DNA of 48,868 nucleotides from a virus (IMGVR_UViG_2667527965_000003:1-48868), one strand, 5' to 3'; shown: positions 8,754 through 18,163, numbered from the stretch's first letter. Translations and numbers: made by a program. The notes: generated by a model from the letters alone, not told the origin.

Positions 8754-8755
8754 TA

Positions 8756-9313
8756 ATGCAAACACTTTCTTTTCAACAGAATAACAGAGCGCCAGCAGAG
8801 CGGCTGACATTCCAGTTTCACCATGAAGAAATGTCGAGCCAAAAGGTTGATCACCGCGCCATCTGTTCTGCCGTTCGCGCGTGGGCGGCGGCTGAAGGCC
8901 GTGTCGCGGTCGCATTAATAATCCGGGAAGCGGTTGAAGAGGCTGGCCTGGAGGATATCGATACATCCGTTAATGCCGATGTGTGGAACGTGAAATTGTT
9001 CCGATGGTTAGACCAGCCAGAGAAATCGGCGGTTTACCGGGCGAACGTGGAGCAGCTGGCACCGGTAATCATCTCAGTTCTGCCGCTGGCGTACCGGGAT
9101 CGGGTTGTTAAGCACGATAACTTCGCGCTTCGCATCGCCAAGTCGGTGAAAGAGGATGCAGAGGCCATCCAGGCTGTCGTTCTCAAAGCTCCCAAACAGG
9201 AACGCTGGAAAGAGATCAGCGAAAGCATCGTTGCAAAGTGTCTCCTGGATGGGCCGGATTCAGTCGCGCCAATTATGGCGATGGTTACAACGATGCTAAG
9301 TGGAGCGATCTGA
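8756..9313 (+). CDS. YdaT-like (CII-position) regulatory protein
   Basis: 185 aa from ATG at 8756 with AAGAGGA RBS; segment ...FRWLDQPEKS...APVIISVLPLAYRDRV resembles Rac YdaT; immediately follows the ydaS-like gene. Confidence 0.5.
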   Translation: MQTLSFQQNNRAPAERLTFQFHHEEMSSQKVDHRAICSAVRAWAAAEGRVAVALIIREAVEEAGLEDIDTSVNADVWNVKLFRWLDQPEKSAVYRANVEQLAPVIISVLPLAYRDRVVKHDNFALRIAKSVKEDAEAIQAVVLKAPKQERWKEISESIVAKCLLDGPDSVAPIMAMVTTMLSGAI

Positions 9314-9314
9314 C

Positions 9315-9572
9315 ATGAACCATATCGAGTTCATCGAAAAGCATGTGCGCGAAGAGCTGATCAAACAGGGCTTCACTGTGGCGGTCGCACAGGGGGGGGC
9401 ATTCCAGGCAGTCGACATGTACAAGCGTATGTCTCAGGCCAGTCGTAAGGGGAGAATTTTTGATGATGTGTTACGCCACGCAAAGCTGTGGGCCGAGAAG
9501 CAACAGACGGCGTCCGATAAGTTTGCAGAACGCAGGGTTAAACGGAATGAGCAGCAAGCAGGGTTGTTCTGA
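9315..9572 (+). CDS. Hypothetical protein
   Basis: 85-aa ORF from ATG at 9315, overlapping the preceding stop. Confidence 0.4.
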   Translation: MNHIEFIEKHVREELIKQGFTVAVAQGGAFQAVDMYKRMSQASRKGRIFDDVLRHAKLWAEKQQTASDKFAERRVKRNEQQAGLF

Positions 9573-9646
9573 AATGGTGAAGACCGTTGTGCGTCAACAC
9601 AGCCGGTCTTCGGGTGCAATAACGTCAAGCAATTGCGGAGATAAGT

Positions 9647-10570
9647 ATGTCAAATACCGCTGAAGTTATCAAATTTCCGACTAAAACCGAGCAAGCAGGA
9701 GGTCCCATGGCCGACCTGTCCAACGGGTACACCCGGATCGCAAACGAGATTCAGAAGCTGAAACCGCGCCTGCGCATGTCAGGGCGTGAATGGCAGTGCC
9801 TGGAAGCGGTGATCTGGCTTACCTACGGATGGAACAAGAAACAGGACCGGGTTACCAACACCGTCATCGCCGGGCTCACAGGGCTGGCTGACACGCATGT
9901 TTCTGATGCGATCAGCTCTCTGGCAGAGCGTGGAATTATTTTTAGTCACAAGCAGGGCGTGATGAAAATTGTCGGTATAAATACTGACCTATCAGCCTGG
10001 ATTTTGGACAAACCGAAAACGGGAAAACTCTTCCCGAAAACGGGAAAATCCTTCCCGAAATCGAGAAAAACCTTCCCGGAAACGGTAGCCACCCAAGACT
10101 ATAACAATAACAATATTAAAAGATCATCGTCAGAGAATTCTGGCGAATCCTCCGACGACCGTCTGAAGAAGTTTTTATCAGCTCATCCTGAGGCGGTGAT
10201 TTACACCCCCAACTTCACCAAGTGGGGCACTGCAGCCGACCAGCAGTGCGCTGAGTGGATCCTCGCCCTGCTCGAAAAAGTTAAACCCTTCCCGAAGCAA
10301 CCCGTCATGGCCTCCTGGGCTAACGACGTGCGCCTGATGCGTGAACTGGACGGCCGCAGCCATCGTGAAATTTGCGAGCTATTCCAGTGGGCGAGCAAAG
10401 ACGCGTTCTGGCATACCAACATCCTCTCGCCTGCAAAGCTCCGTGCTAAGTGGGACACGCTGAGCCTTCAGCGCGATTCCGGCCGCCGGAAGAATGTCGC
10501 GAGCGCCCAGGGCATCGACTTCAACAATACAGACTGGATCAACGAGGTGTTCGATGGAAAGACTATCTGA
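9647..10570 (+). CDS. Replication initiator (lambda O-like)
   Basis: 307 aa; N-terminal GYTRIANEIQKLKPRLRMSGREWQCLEAVIWLTYGWNKK resembles phage O N-terminal domain; gene contains tandem iterons plus AT-rich tract. Confidence 0.7.
   Translation: MSNTAEVIKFPTKTEQAGGPMADLSNGYTRIANEIQKLKPRLRMSGREWQCLEAVIWLTYGWNKKQDRVTNTVIAGLTGLADTHVSDAISSLAERGIIFSHKQGVMKIVGINTDLSAWILDKPKTGKLFPKTGKSFPKSRKTFPETVATQDYNNNNIKRSSSENSGESSDDRLKKFLSAHPEAVIYTPNFTKWGTAADQQCAEWILALLEKVKPFPKQPVMASWANDVRLMRELDGRSHREICELFQWASKDAFWHTNILSPAKLRAKWDTLSLQRDSGRRKNVASAQGIDFNNTDWINEVFDGKTI
10013..10130. repeat. Putative origin of replication: 3-4 tandem 21-bp iterons plus AT-rich tract inside the O-like gene
   Basis: CCGAAAACGGGAAAACTCTTC / CCGAAAACGGGAAAATCCTTC / CCGAAATCGAGAAAAACCTTC / degenerate CCGGAAACGGTAGCC, then ACTATAACAATAACAATATTAAAAGA. 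Confidence 0.6.
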
Positions 10571-11243
10571 GCAGCTGGCGAACTGCGATCGCGAAAGCTT
10601 TCGCCGCATCGCCCATAACATGCCTGAAGCCCCGGCAGAACGCCCGCAGGTTGAGCAGACGGCCGAAATCTTCAACTCCCTGTTCAGCGCGCTGCGTGCT
10701 GCATTTCCGGCAGCAATGGCTGCTTTCCGTGAGCAGAGCGAGTTCAACGAACTGCGCCGCCAGTGGGTGATGGCATTTCAGGAGAACGGGATCACCACCA
10801 TGGCACAGGTGGCCGCAGGCATGCGGATTGCCCGCCGCCAGGAGAAGCCATTCCTGCCGTCACCCGGTCAGTTCGTTGCCTGGTGCAAAGAGGGGCGCTG
10901 CCTGCTCGGGTTCAGCGTTGATGACGTGATGACTGAGTACTGGAAATGGCGCCGCCTGGTGTTCCGGTATCCAACCAGCGAACAGTATCCATGGCCAGCG
11001 CCGGTTTTATATCACGTCTGCACTGAGCTGCGTCGGCAAAGTACGGATCGCCAGATGACCGAAAGCGAGATGCGCCAGGCCGCTGGCAAGGTCCTGGCTG
11101 GATGGGAAGAGCGCGTTGCCGCAGGTAAGCCGGTACCGCCGATCCGCCGTGCTATCGCCGCCCCGGCCAAGGCCAGCGGTCCTACGCCAGCAGAAATACT
11201 GATGGCTGAATATAAAAAACGCAAAGCAGCTGGTCTGATTTAA
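10554..11243 (+). CDS. Replication protein P-like (helicase loader)
   Basis: 229 aa from ATG at 10554, overlapping the O stop; position and size match lambda P; weak sequence recollection only. Confidence 0.5.
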   Translation: MERLSEQLANCDRESFRRIAHNMPEAPAERPQVEQTAEIFNSLFSALRAAFPAAMAAFREQSEFNELRRQWVMAFQENGITTMAQVAAGMRIARRQEKPFLPSPGQFVAWCKEGRCLLGFSVDDVMTEYWKWRRLVFRYPTSEQYPWPAPVLYHVCTELRRQSTDRQMTESEMRQAAGKVLAGWEERVAAGKPVPPIRRAIAAPAKASGPTPAEILMAEYKKRKAAGLI

Positions 11244-11255
11244 CAGGAGATCCCC

Positions 11256-11957
11256 ATGGAAACCGTAATTCAAGCACTGAACGTAATGGGCAAAGCCACC
11301 GCGCGCGAGGTAGCAAGCCGTCTGGGTATTGAGCCTGCAACCGCGCTGAACATGCTACGCGAACACGAAGAGTGCGAAGAGGTTACCCAGAGCAATGGTT
11401 ACTGGGTCGTCGGGAAACCTTCGCTCAACCGAACCGCCAGAACCGCAGTCCAGCCGCCGGTGAAAGTGACGGTGAATGATCTGGCCCGGCTGCTGGCAGA
11501 GCATGGACCAAAATCCTCTGCGGAACTGGCCGCGCTGGCGCGGATCGAGTCAAAAAGAGTAGCGCCCATGCTGACGTATCACCTGGAGAAGGGCAAAATC
11601 CTGCGCGAAAAAATTGACGGCAAATTCGTTTACTCCGTCCGTTCTGAGAAGCCTGCAGCTGCGGTGGTAAAAGAACCTGCCATCGAGCAAAAAGAACCTG
11701 TGCCAGCTCCTGCAGCGCCTGCGTTAACCGACGCCGACAAGCCGCTGGAGCAGTTCGTCAGTGAGATCCCCTCGTTCACCGAAGGGCGGTCAGCCGGGCA
11801 GGTAATCCCAACCGTCCGGGTTCTTTCCCGTGAAATTCGCCGCACCAAAAACAAGCTGGCGAGCCTGGAGAAACTGCGCGATGCGGTCCGGGTTGTTGGA
11901 CGCCACAAGAATCTCGTTAACCAACTGGTGAGCGCGGAGGTGGGCAATGGCCAGTAA
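11256..11957 (+). CDS. Hypothetical phage protein
   Basis: 233 aa, Ala/Pro-rich linker; function not recognised. Confidence 0.4.
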   Translation: METVIQALNVMGKATAREVASRLGIEPATALNMLREHEECEEVTQSNGYWVVGKPSLNRTARTAVQPPVKVTVNDLARLLAEHGPKSSAELAALARIESKRVAPMLTYHLEKGKILREKIDGKFVYSVRSEKPAAAVVKEPAIEQKEPVPAPAAPALTDADKPLEQFVSEIPSFTEGRSAGQVIPTVRVLSREIRRTKNKLASLEKLRDAVRVVGRHKNLVNQLVSAEVGNGQ

Positions 11958-12258
11958 CAACCTCTGGACAATCATCCGCGCCATCCAGCACGGCGGCGAG
12001 ATCACCCCGCGTCAGGTTCGCCGGCTGCTCGGCTGCGACAGCAAAAAGGCCTGCCGCCTGCTGGAGCACCTCGTTTCTGCTGGTGCTGTGAAGAATATCG
12101 GCCAGCGCCGCCACCCGGTCTACGTTATGGAGCCAGGCGGGGAAGCGCGTATCAAGCCACTGCCGGTTGCGCGCCATAAACCCAGCATCGCAGACGTATG
12201 CCGCCAGAACTGGCAGGGCTATCAGATCCACAAAATTATCGGGAGTGCACGGGCATGA
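11947..12258 (+). CDS. Hypothetical protein
   Basis: 103-aa ORF overlapping neighbours by a few nt. Confidence 0.4.
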   Translation: MASNNLWTIIRAIQHGGEITPRQVRRLLGCDSKKACRLLEHLVSAGAVKNIGQRRHPVYVMEPGGEARIKPLPVARHKPSIADVCRQNWQGYQIHKIIGSARA

Positions 12259-12713
12259 GTGGTTCACTGAATAACAAAGAGCTGGTGGCCGTTGGTCATC
12301 AGTTCGCGAAAGCGATAAGCAGCGACACGCCGATCATCGATATGGCTAAGATTGTGTCACGCCTGGCAGAACGTCTGGACTGCACCTCCGCGGTGCTGCA
12401 CGAAACGCAGAAGCAGCGGGATGCGCTGGCTGCTGAGAATGCGGACCTGAAACACGCATTGGCTGTAACCCTCGAGCATATATCGGTCACTGATTCAGGG
12501 CAGGCAGGCGTTGCGGCGATGATTATCAATGATGCTATGCACCACAGCGAAACCCCGGCAACCGACGCCTTCCTGGCTGAATTGCGGGCTCAGGGTGTGG
12601 AGATGTTTGGCAAGGATGTGGAGGAGTCAGGCAGCGGTAACAGATTGATGAGAGCAATCGCGCGCCGCGCCCTTAATTTCGCCGCCCAACTTCGCCAGGG
12701 AGACGCCCAATGA
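12255..12713 (+). CDS. Hypothetical protein
   Basis: 152 aa from ATG at 12255 (MSGSLNNKELVA...). Confidence 0.4.
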   Translation: MSGSLNNKELVAVGHQFAKAISSDTPIIDMAKIVSRLAERLDCTSAVLHETQKQRDALAAENADLKHALAVTLEHISVTDSGQAGVAAMIINDAMHHSETPATDAFLAELRAQGVEMFGKDVEESGSGNRLMRAIARRALNFAAQLRQGDAQ

Positions 12714-12994
12714 GCAACGCTATCGACGCGCACCTGACCGATGAGGTAATCAATGCCGCTTTCGAGAATACCAACTTCGGGCGCACTGACTTCCGAACTA
12801 TCCTGGCTGAAACGGTCATGAAACGTGCTGCCGGATATCATTCAGGATGGACTGCAACAACAATCTGCAGTCGCCTTGGGCTGCTTGGCAGGGAAGAGCG
12901 CCCGACAAAGCTGGGTCTAACGTTCGCTTTTCATCACTACTACAAACCATGCGTTCGTGAAGCGCTGATGCCAGTTCAGGAGGCAGCCCAATGA
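12710..12994 (+). CDS. Hypothetical protein
   Basis: 94-aa ORF, stop/start overlap with neighbours. Confidence 0.4.
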   Translation: MSNAIDAHLTDEVINAAFENTNFGRTDFRTILAETVMKRAAGYHSGWTATTICSRLGLLGREERPTKLGLTFAFHHYYKPCVREALMPVQEAAQ

Positions 12995-13548
12995 CAATCA
13001 ACAAACAGGCACTGCGGAGTAAGGCGCGCTCAGCAAGTGCTGGCGAATGGATTAAAGAGTCCGGCGACGGGTGGGAGGCTATCTGCAGCACTAACGACCA
13101 GGCCAACGGTAACTTCATCATCGCGCATTTTGAAGGCCCGGATGCGAAGGCCAACCGTGAGTTTGCGCAGGCTGCCCACCCGGATGTCGTGCTGGCGCTG
13201 CTGGATGAGCTGGAAGCCGCAGAGCGTCGTAATGCTGAGCTTGAAGATCTTCTGGAGGCTGAGGTTCGGTTGTGGACACAACGTTACGACTGCGCAAATA
13301 GCCGCAGAGAAGCCGCAGAGAAGCGCGTGGCTGAACTCTCGGCGAATAACGATTCGGCCGTTAATGCTCTACTTAAAGCGCGGCGCAGAACAGTCACCCT
13401 TCCAACGGGTTATTCAGTTCGGCCTGGGCATCCCATCAACGAAACAGAGCGCAGCGTCATGATCCCAAAAGATGGTGGGGCTTGGCTGTCTCGGTTCGAT
13501 GTTGAGCATGCTCTTCGGGCCGCTGGCATCAGCATCAAGGGGGAGTAG
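12991..13548 (+). CDS. Ead/Ea22-like protein
   Basis: 185 aa with central coiled-coil-like segment (DVVLALLDELEAAERRNAELEDLLEAE); family resemblance from memory only. Confidence 0.4.
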   Translation: MTINKQALRSKARSASAGEWIKESGDGWEAICSTNDQANGNFIIAHFEGPDAKANREFAQAAHPDVVLALLDELEAAERRNAELEDLLEAEVRLWTQRYDCANSRREAAEKRVAELSANNDSAVNALLKARRRTVTLPTGYSVRPGHPINETERSVMIPKDGGAWLSRFDVEHALRAAGISIKGE

Positions 13549-13552
13549 GGAT

Positions 13553-13759
13553 ATGGCTGATAAGTGTAACCGCTGCACAGTCGGCATGATCGGCACTAAA
13601 CCTATCCTGACGGGTGAATGGGCTGCGGCCTCAGCTGACTTTGACCGAGTGATTGCCGACTGGAACGAGCAAACCAAACGTTTTGCCGTTCCGCATCCTG
13701 GTTTCGCCCGTAAGTTCAATTACTGCCCGCACTGCGGGAGTAAGGTTGAAGGAGAGTGA
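13553..13759 (+). CDS. Small zinc-ribbon protein
   Basis: 68 aa from ATG at 13553; CNRC ... CPHC cysteine pairs. Confidence 0.4.
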   Translation: MADKCNRCTVGMIGTKPILTGEWAAASADFDRVIADWNEQTKRFAVPHPGFARKFNYCPHCGSKVEGE

Positions 13760-13761
13760 GC

Positions 13762-14508
13762 ATGGCAGAGCAAACCGTTTTGGATATGTGCTGCGGTTCC
13801 CGCATGTTCTGGTTCGATAAGCAGGATAAGCGCGCCGTATTCAGCGACATCCGCGCTGAGGAGCACACCCTTTGTGATGGACGCCATCTGGTCATCAGTC
13901 CGGATGTGATCGCCGACTTCCGTGCGCTGCCGTTCGCTGACAACACTTTCCCTGTGGTGGTGTTCGACCCGCCACATCTTGAACGTGTTGGTGACGATGC
14001 CTGGATGGGTAAGAAATACGGAAGGCTGAACAAAGATACCTGGCGCGACGACCTGCGCGCCGGGTTCAAAGAGTCGTTTCGCGTATTGCGGCCACACGGC
14101 GTTCTCATCTTCAAATGGAACGAAACGCAGATCCCTGTTAGCCAGGTTCTGGCGCTTACAGACGTTAAGCCAATCATCGGCCAGCGCACTGGAAAGAACG
14201 ACAAAACCCACTGGATTTCTTTCGTCAAAGACGGTGAGCAGCAGCAAAAATCTGACACGCAACTGCGATATGCCACAAAACGGATCGTCGAGCTGGAAAG
14301 CCTGCTGCTGGCGGACGTGACTGAAACCGTATGGCCTGCCGAAGTTGGCATGGTCTACGGCCAGATTGAAAACGCCGGGGATCTCCCGGCGCATCACCAG
14401 CGCCGCCTGAAACATCACATTAATCGAATGTGGCTGGAGAAAATGCCGGTGCCAGCCATCGTAACCGCGGCCCGGTCGCTGGCCGCCGCCATGGAGGAAT
14501 ACGCGTGA
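13762..14508 (+). CDS. Putative DNA amino-methyltransferase (N6-adenine or N4-cytosine)
   Basis: LDMCCGS near N-terminus and VVFDPPHL (DPPH-type motif IV); GGAGAG RBS before ATG at 13762. Confidence 0.55.
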   Translation: MAEQTVLDMCCGSRMFWFDKQDKRAVFSDIRAEEHTLCDGRHLVISPDVIADFRALPFADNTFPVVVFDPPHLERVGDDAWMGKKYGRLNKDTWRDDLRAGFKESFRVLRPHGVLIFKWNETQIPVSQVLALTDVKPIIGQRTGKNDKTHWISFVKDGEQQQKSDTQLRYATKRIVELESLLLADVTETVWPAEVGMVYGQIENAGDLPAHHQRRLKHHINRMWLEKMPVPAIVTAARSLAAAMEEYA

Positions 14509-16382
14509 GAGAAATTATCGTTGATAACTTTGCCGGCGGCGGCGGGGCGAGTACGGGTATCGAGCTGGCGATCGGCCGCAGCGTGGATATTGCCATCAAT
14601 CACGATCCGAACGCCGTGGCGATGCATACCACGAACCACCCGGACACGCTGCACTACTGCGAAAGCGTGTTTGATGTAAATCCCCTGGTGGCGACCGCAG
14701 GCCGCCCGGTGGGGCTGGCGTGGTTCTCCCCGGATTGTCGCCACTTTTCTAAGGCCAAAGGCTCGAAGCCGGTGGAGAAAGAAATCCGCGGTCTGGCGTG
14801 GATCGTCATTCGTTGGGCGCTGGCGGTTCGTCCTCGCGTGATGATGCTCGAGAACGTGGAAGAGTTCAAAACGTGGGGCCCGCTTATCGTATCGGCAGAC
14901 GGCGGACAGCGCCCGGACCCGGCCCGCGCCGGAGAAATCTTTGAGGCGTTCTGCGGCATGCTATCTGGCGGTATTCCTGCCGGGCATCCGGCGCTGGTGG
15001 AATGCTGTGAGTTTCTGGGCATTGCCGCCGATGGCGTGCAGGCGCAGCAGCTGGTGGCCGGACTGGGTTATGCCGTTGATCACCGAGAACTGCGCGCCTG
15101 CGACTTTGGCGCGCCGACCATCCGGAAGCGATTCTTCATGGTAATGCGCTGCGACGGCGTGCCGGTGACCTGGCCAGCGCCGACCCATGGGGATCCGAAA
15201 ACGCCAGCAGTGCAGGGCGGCAAACTGGCGTCATGGCGCACCGCGGCGGAATGTATCGACTGGTCTATCCCGGCGCAGTCCATCTTCGAACGCAAGAAGC
15301 CGCTGGCGGAGAACACGCTTAAGCGTATCGCGCGCGGCATCCAGCGCTTCGTGATTGATTGCGCCTCGCCGTTTATCGTTAAGTGCAACCACACCACGAC
15401 GAAAGGGAAATACGACTGCTTCCGCGGTCAGGCGCTGGCAGAGCCGCTGCAGACCATCACCAAAACGCATGGCTATGCGATCGCCACCCCCGTGATGGCT
15501 CCGCTGTTCGCTGGCACCGGTGGATCTGAATTCCAGATGAGGCCGCGCCCGGTAAACAAACCGTTCTTCACTCTGCTTACGCAGAACCGGACCAATGTCA
15601 TCGCGCCCGTACTGGCCCCATTGATCGCCCGGCAGTTCGGATCCAGCATCGGGCACCGCGCCGACGAACCGAGCGCCACGATCACCGCTGGTGGTGGTGG
15701 GAAATCGCAGCTGGTGTCCACGACAATGATCCAGATGGGTTACGGCGAACGCCCGGGACAGGAACCACGCGTACCGGGCCTGCATAAGCCGCTGGGCACG
15801 GTCGTCGCTGGCGGTGGTAAGTTCGGGTTGGTGGCAGCGAATCTGGTTAAGCACTTCGGCGGGAACTACCAGGGCGCTGGCGTGGCTCTGGACGAACCGG
15901 CACACACGGTCACCACCACGGATCACCATGGTCTGGTCACATCGCACCTGGTGTTGCTGCGCGGTACCTGCCGGGATGGCCGGGTAGTTGATGCGCCAGC
16001 GCCGGGATTAACCGCGGGCGGCCTGCATGTCGGGAACGTTGAGACCAGCCTGGCGACGGATGGCTATGACGAACAGCGCGCGGCGCAGGTGCTGGCGTTT
16101 TTGCGGGAGTATTGCGGGGCGGATTCTGACGGGCTGGTGACTGTTGATGGCGTGGTGTATCGCATAGTGGATATCGGCATGCGCATGCTGCAGCCAGCGG
16201 AACTGTACCGTGCGCAGGGCTTCCCGGAGTGGTACATCATCGACCAAGACTACCGCGGCGTGAAGTACGCGAAGGATAAGCAGGTAGCCCGCTGCGGTAA
16301 CGCCGTGCCGCCGCCATTCGCTGAGGCGCTGGTGCGGTCAAACCTGCCGGAGTTGTGTGACATGCGGGAGCGAGCTGCGTGA
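14505..16382 (+). CDS. DNA cytosine-5 methyltransferase
   Basis: GTG start at 14505 with GGAGGA RBS; motif I FAGGGGAS, catalytic motif IV SPDCRHFS, motif VI MMLENV, motif X RCGNAVPPPFAEAL; long variable region (625 aa). Confidence 0.75.
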   Translation: MREIIVDNFAGGGGASTGIELAIGRSVDIAINHDPNAVAMHTTNHPDTLHYCESVFDVNPLVATAGRPVGLAWFSPDCRHFSKAKGSKPVEKEIRGLAWIVIRWALAVRPRVMMLENVEEFKTWGPLIVSADGGQRPDPARAGEIFEAFCGMLSGGIPAGHPALVECCEFLGIAADGVQAQQLVAGLGYAVDHRELRACDFGAPTIRKRFFMVMRCDGVPVTWPAPTHGDPKTPAVQGGKLASWRTAAECIDWSIPAQSIFERKKPLAENTLKRIARGIQRFVIDCASPFIVKCNHTTTKGKYDCFRGQALAEPLQTITKTHGYAIATPVMAPLFAGTGGSEFQMRPRPVNKPFFTLLTQNRTNVIAPVLAPLIARQFGSSIGHRADEPSATITAGGGGKSQLVSTTMIQMGYGERPGQEPRVPGLHKPLGTVVAGGGKFGLVAANLVKHFGGNYQGAGVALDEPAHTVTTTDHHGLVTSHLVLLRGTCRDGRVVDAPAPGLTAGGLHVGNVETSLATDGYDEQRAAQVLAFLREYCGADSDGLVTVDGVVYRIVDIGMRMLQPAELYRAQGFPEWYIIDQDYRGVKYAKDKQVARCGNAVPPPFAEALVRSNLPELCDMRERAA

Positions 16383-16741
16383 TGATAAAATTAACCAGAG
16401 AGCTTATTGAGGATGCACTCATCAAATGTGAGTCGTGCAAAGACTCGGGGACATTCCCAGTTAGCGTAGAGGTAATTCGGGAGTTGGCGCTTTTAGCGTT
16501 GGCGGACATCGATTCAGACCAAAATGCAACGCTTCAACCTCAGGAAAGTTCTTGTGAGTCTGATTTGTTGCCAGTGGGTTGGGTGGTTGTGCCGGTGGAA
16601 ATGACTCCATCACAAATGAGAGCTATACAGTTAAGATCTGAGGTGGGTGGCTACATTACCTCGAATCTTACAGGTGCCTACTCGCTACTGTCTGAGCTTT
16701 GGGAAGTAGCTCTGGCAGCCGCACCTAAGCGTATGGGGTAG
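16379..16741 (+). CDS. Hypothetical acidic protein
   Basis: 120 aa, D/E-rich; lower GC than the upstream methyltransferase genes; hairpin terminator follows. Confidence 0.4.
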   Translation: MMIKLTRELIEDALIKCESCKDSGTFPVSVEVIRELALLALADIDSDQNATLQPQESSCESDLLPVGWVVVPVEMTPSQMRAIQLRSEVGGYITSNLTGAYSLLSELWEVALAAAPKRMG

Positions 16742-16907
16742 TATGGAAAGGGCTGAAAGAAGTCGGCCCTTTTACCCATGGTGGTAAAAATAGGGATCAT
16801 TTGAAGAAAGTTCAGGATAGTTGGCCTGTGTCAGAGAAACACATTTTAACGACTGCATAATGGGTTAAACCCGGTTATAAATACTTTTTCATTCAAGAAT
16901 TTAAAAA

Positions 16908-17690
16908 ATGAGCACAATAAATAAGCACGGACTTTCGCGTACAATACCTCCGTCCGTAAAACGATTAGTGCGGCAGAGATGTGGATTTGGATGCGTGATC
17001 TGCGGTTTTGGATTTTACGATTATGAGCATTTCGCTCCGGACTTTGCCGATGCCACAGAACACAACCCTGAAGGCATGACGTTATTGTGCTCTCAATGCA
17101 ATCAAAAACGTGCGCGTGGGCGCTTGTCAGCCCATACAGTTGCGGTCGCCAATGCCAACCCGAAGTGCCTGCAGCAAGGCTTCGCCAGTGAAATGTTCGA
17201 TTTTCACAGCGAACCTATCGAAATAAAATTCGCAGGCGTAACTTTTTATGACTGCAAGCATTTAATTGTTGTTAATGATCGCCCAATTTTATCGGTACGG
17301 CCAGCGATTGATGATAAGTCTCCCATTCTGCTTTCAGGCGTTTTTAGTGATCCTGCCGGCAGGGAGACCCTAATTATCAATGAAAATGAATGGTCAGTAG
17401 ATTCCGAATACTGGGATGTTGAGTGTGTAGGGCCAAGGATAATCATTCGAAGTTCACCGGGGCAGATAGTTCTCGTACTAAAAATGAACAGCCCTACAGG
17501 GATTGTAGTTGAACGCTTCGATATGCTTTTTGAGGGCGTCAGGCTAAGAGGGGACGAAGAGGCGCTACAGGTATGTTATGACGGTGAAAACTGGAATGAA
17601 TATGTGTGTCACAGCATAAGACATTGCAATACGGGTATAAATATCATTACGCGACCATGCGCAGCAAATGACCCGGTTTACGCTGCATAA
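16908..17690 (+). CDS. HNH-endonuclease-domain protein with unknown C-terminal domain
   Basis: N-terminal CGFGCVIC ... YEHF ... TEHNPEGMTLLCSQCNQ (Cys pairs with His/Asn typical of HNH); about 160-aa C-terminal region not recognised; low-GC gene. Confidence 0.5.
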   Translation: MSTINKHGLSRTIPPSVKRLVRQRCGFGCVICGFGFYDYEHFAPDFADATEHNPEGMTLLCSQCNQKRARGRLSAHTVAVANANPKCLQQGFASEMFDFHSEPIEIKFAGVTFYDCKHLIVVNDRPILSVRPAIDDKSPILLSGVFSDPAGRETLIINENEWSVDSEYWDVECVGPRIIIRSSPGQIVLVLKMNSPTGIVVERFDMLFEGVRLRGDEEALQVCYDGENWNEYVCHSIRHCNTGINIITRPCAANDPVYAA

Positions 17691-17796
17691 TCGTTAAACA
17701 TGAGCTACCAGAAAACCCTTTTACTTCAGCCTGTCGATTTAGCCAAAAGGCTGCCTACCATACAAGCGATATGGGAATCCCCATATCGACAGCTAG

Positions 17797-17817
17797 GGCC
17801 TCTCCGGAGGCCTTTTT
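17797..17817 (+). terminator. Rho-independent terminator after the HNH-domain gene
   Basis: GGCCTC-TCCG-GAGGCC hairpin followed by TTTTT. Confidence 0.6.
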
Positions 17818-18163
17818 CACGCCCGGTGAATAGGTGATTCGAGCATGATCGATAATACCGATCGATACAAGAATATTGATCTATGAAATCGATTATTAAA
17901 TAGACACAGAACAGCAACAAATTACCGAAGGGCACCCTCTGACGCAGACGAAATACCCTCTGTCGATAGTGACATCTTTGCCATTTATCTGGCGCCAGGC
18001 TTTCCGTACAGATATTTACGGTCGACATTTCTGACGTGAGCCTTTGTTAAAAATAACGATCACTTTTTACACGTAAGTAGCAATAAAATTTATTTAAATC
18101 AATCAGATGAATGGGCTTGCGCAGCCATGTACTTCATGTGCATACTTAAGCCAAACGAATAAA

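Noticed and set aside
8681-8755. Extended N-terminus of the YdaT-like ORF starting at 8681
   Set aside because: It would overlap the last 73 nt of the cro-like gene; the ATG at 8756 has a good RBS (AAGAGGA) and sits right after the cro-like stop.
10013-10094. Tandem 21-bp repeats that could be mistaken for a CRISPR array
   Set aside because: Repeats are contiguous with no spacers, lie inside the O-like coding sequence and are followed by an AT-rich tract; an origin iteron array is the better explanation.
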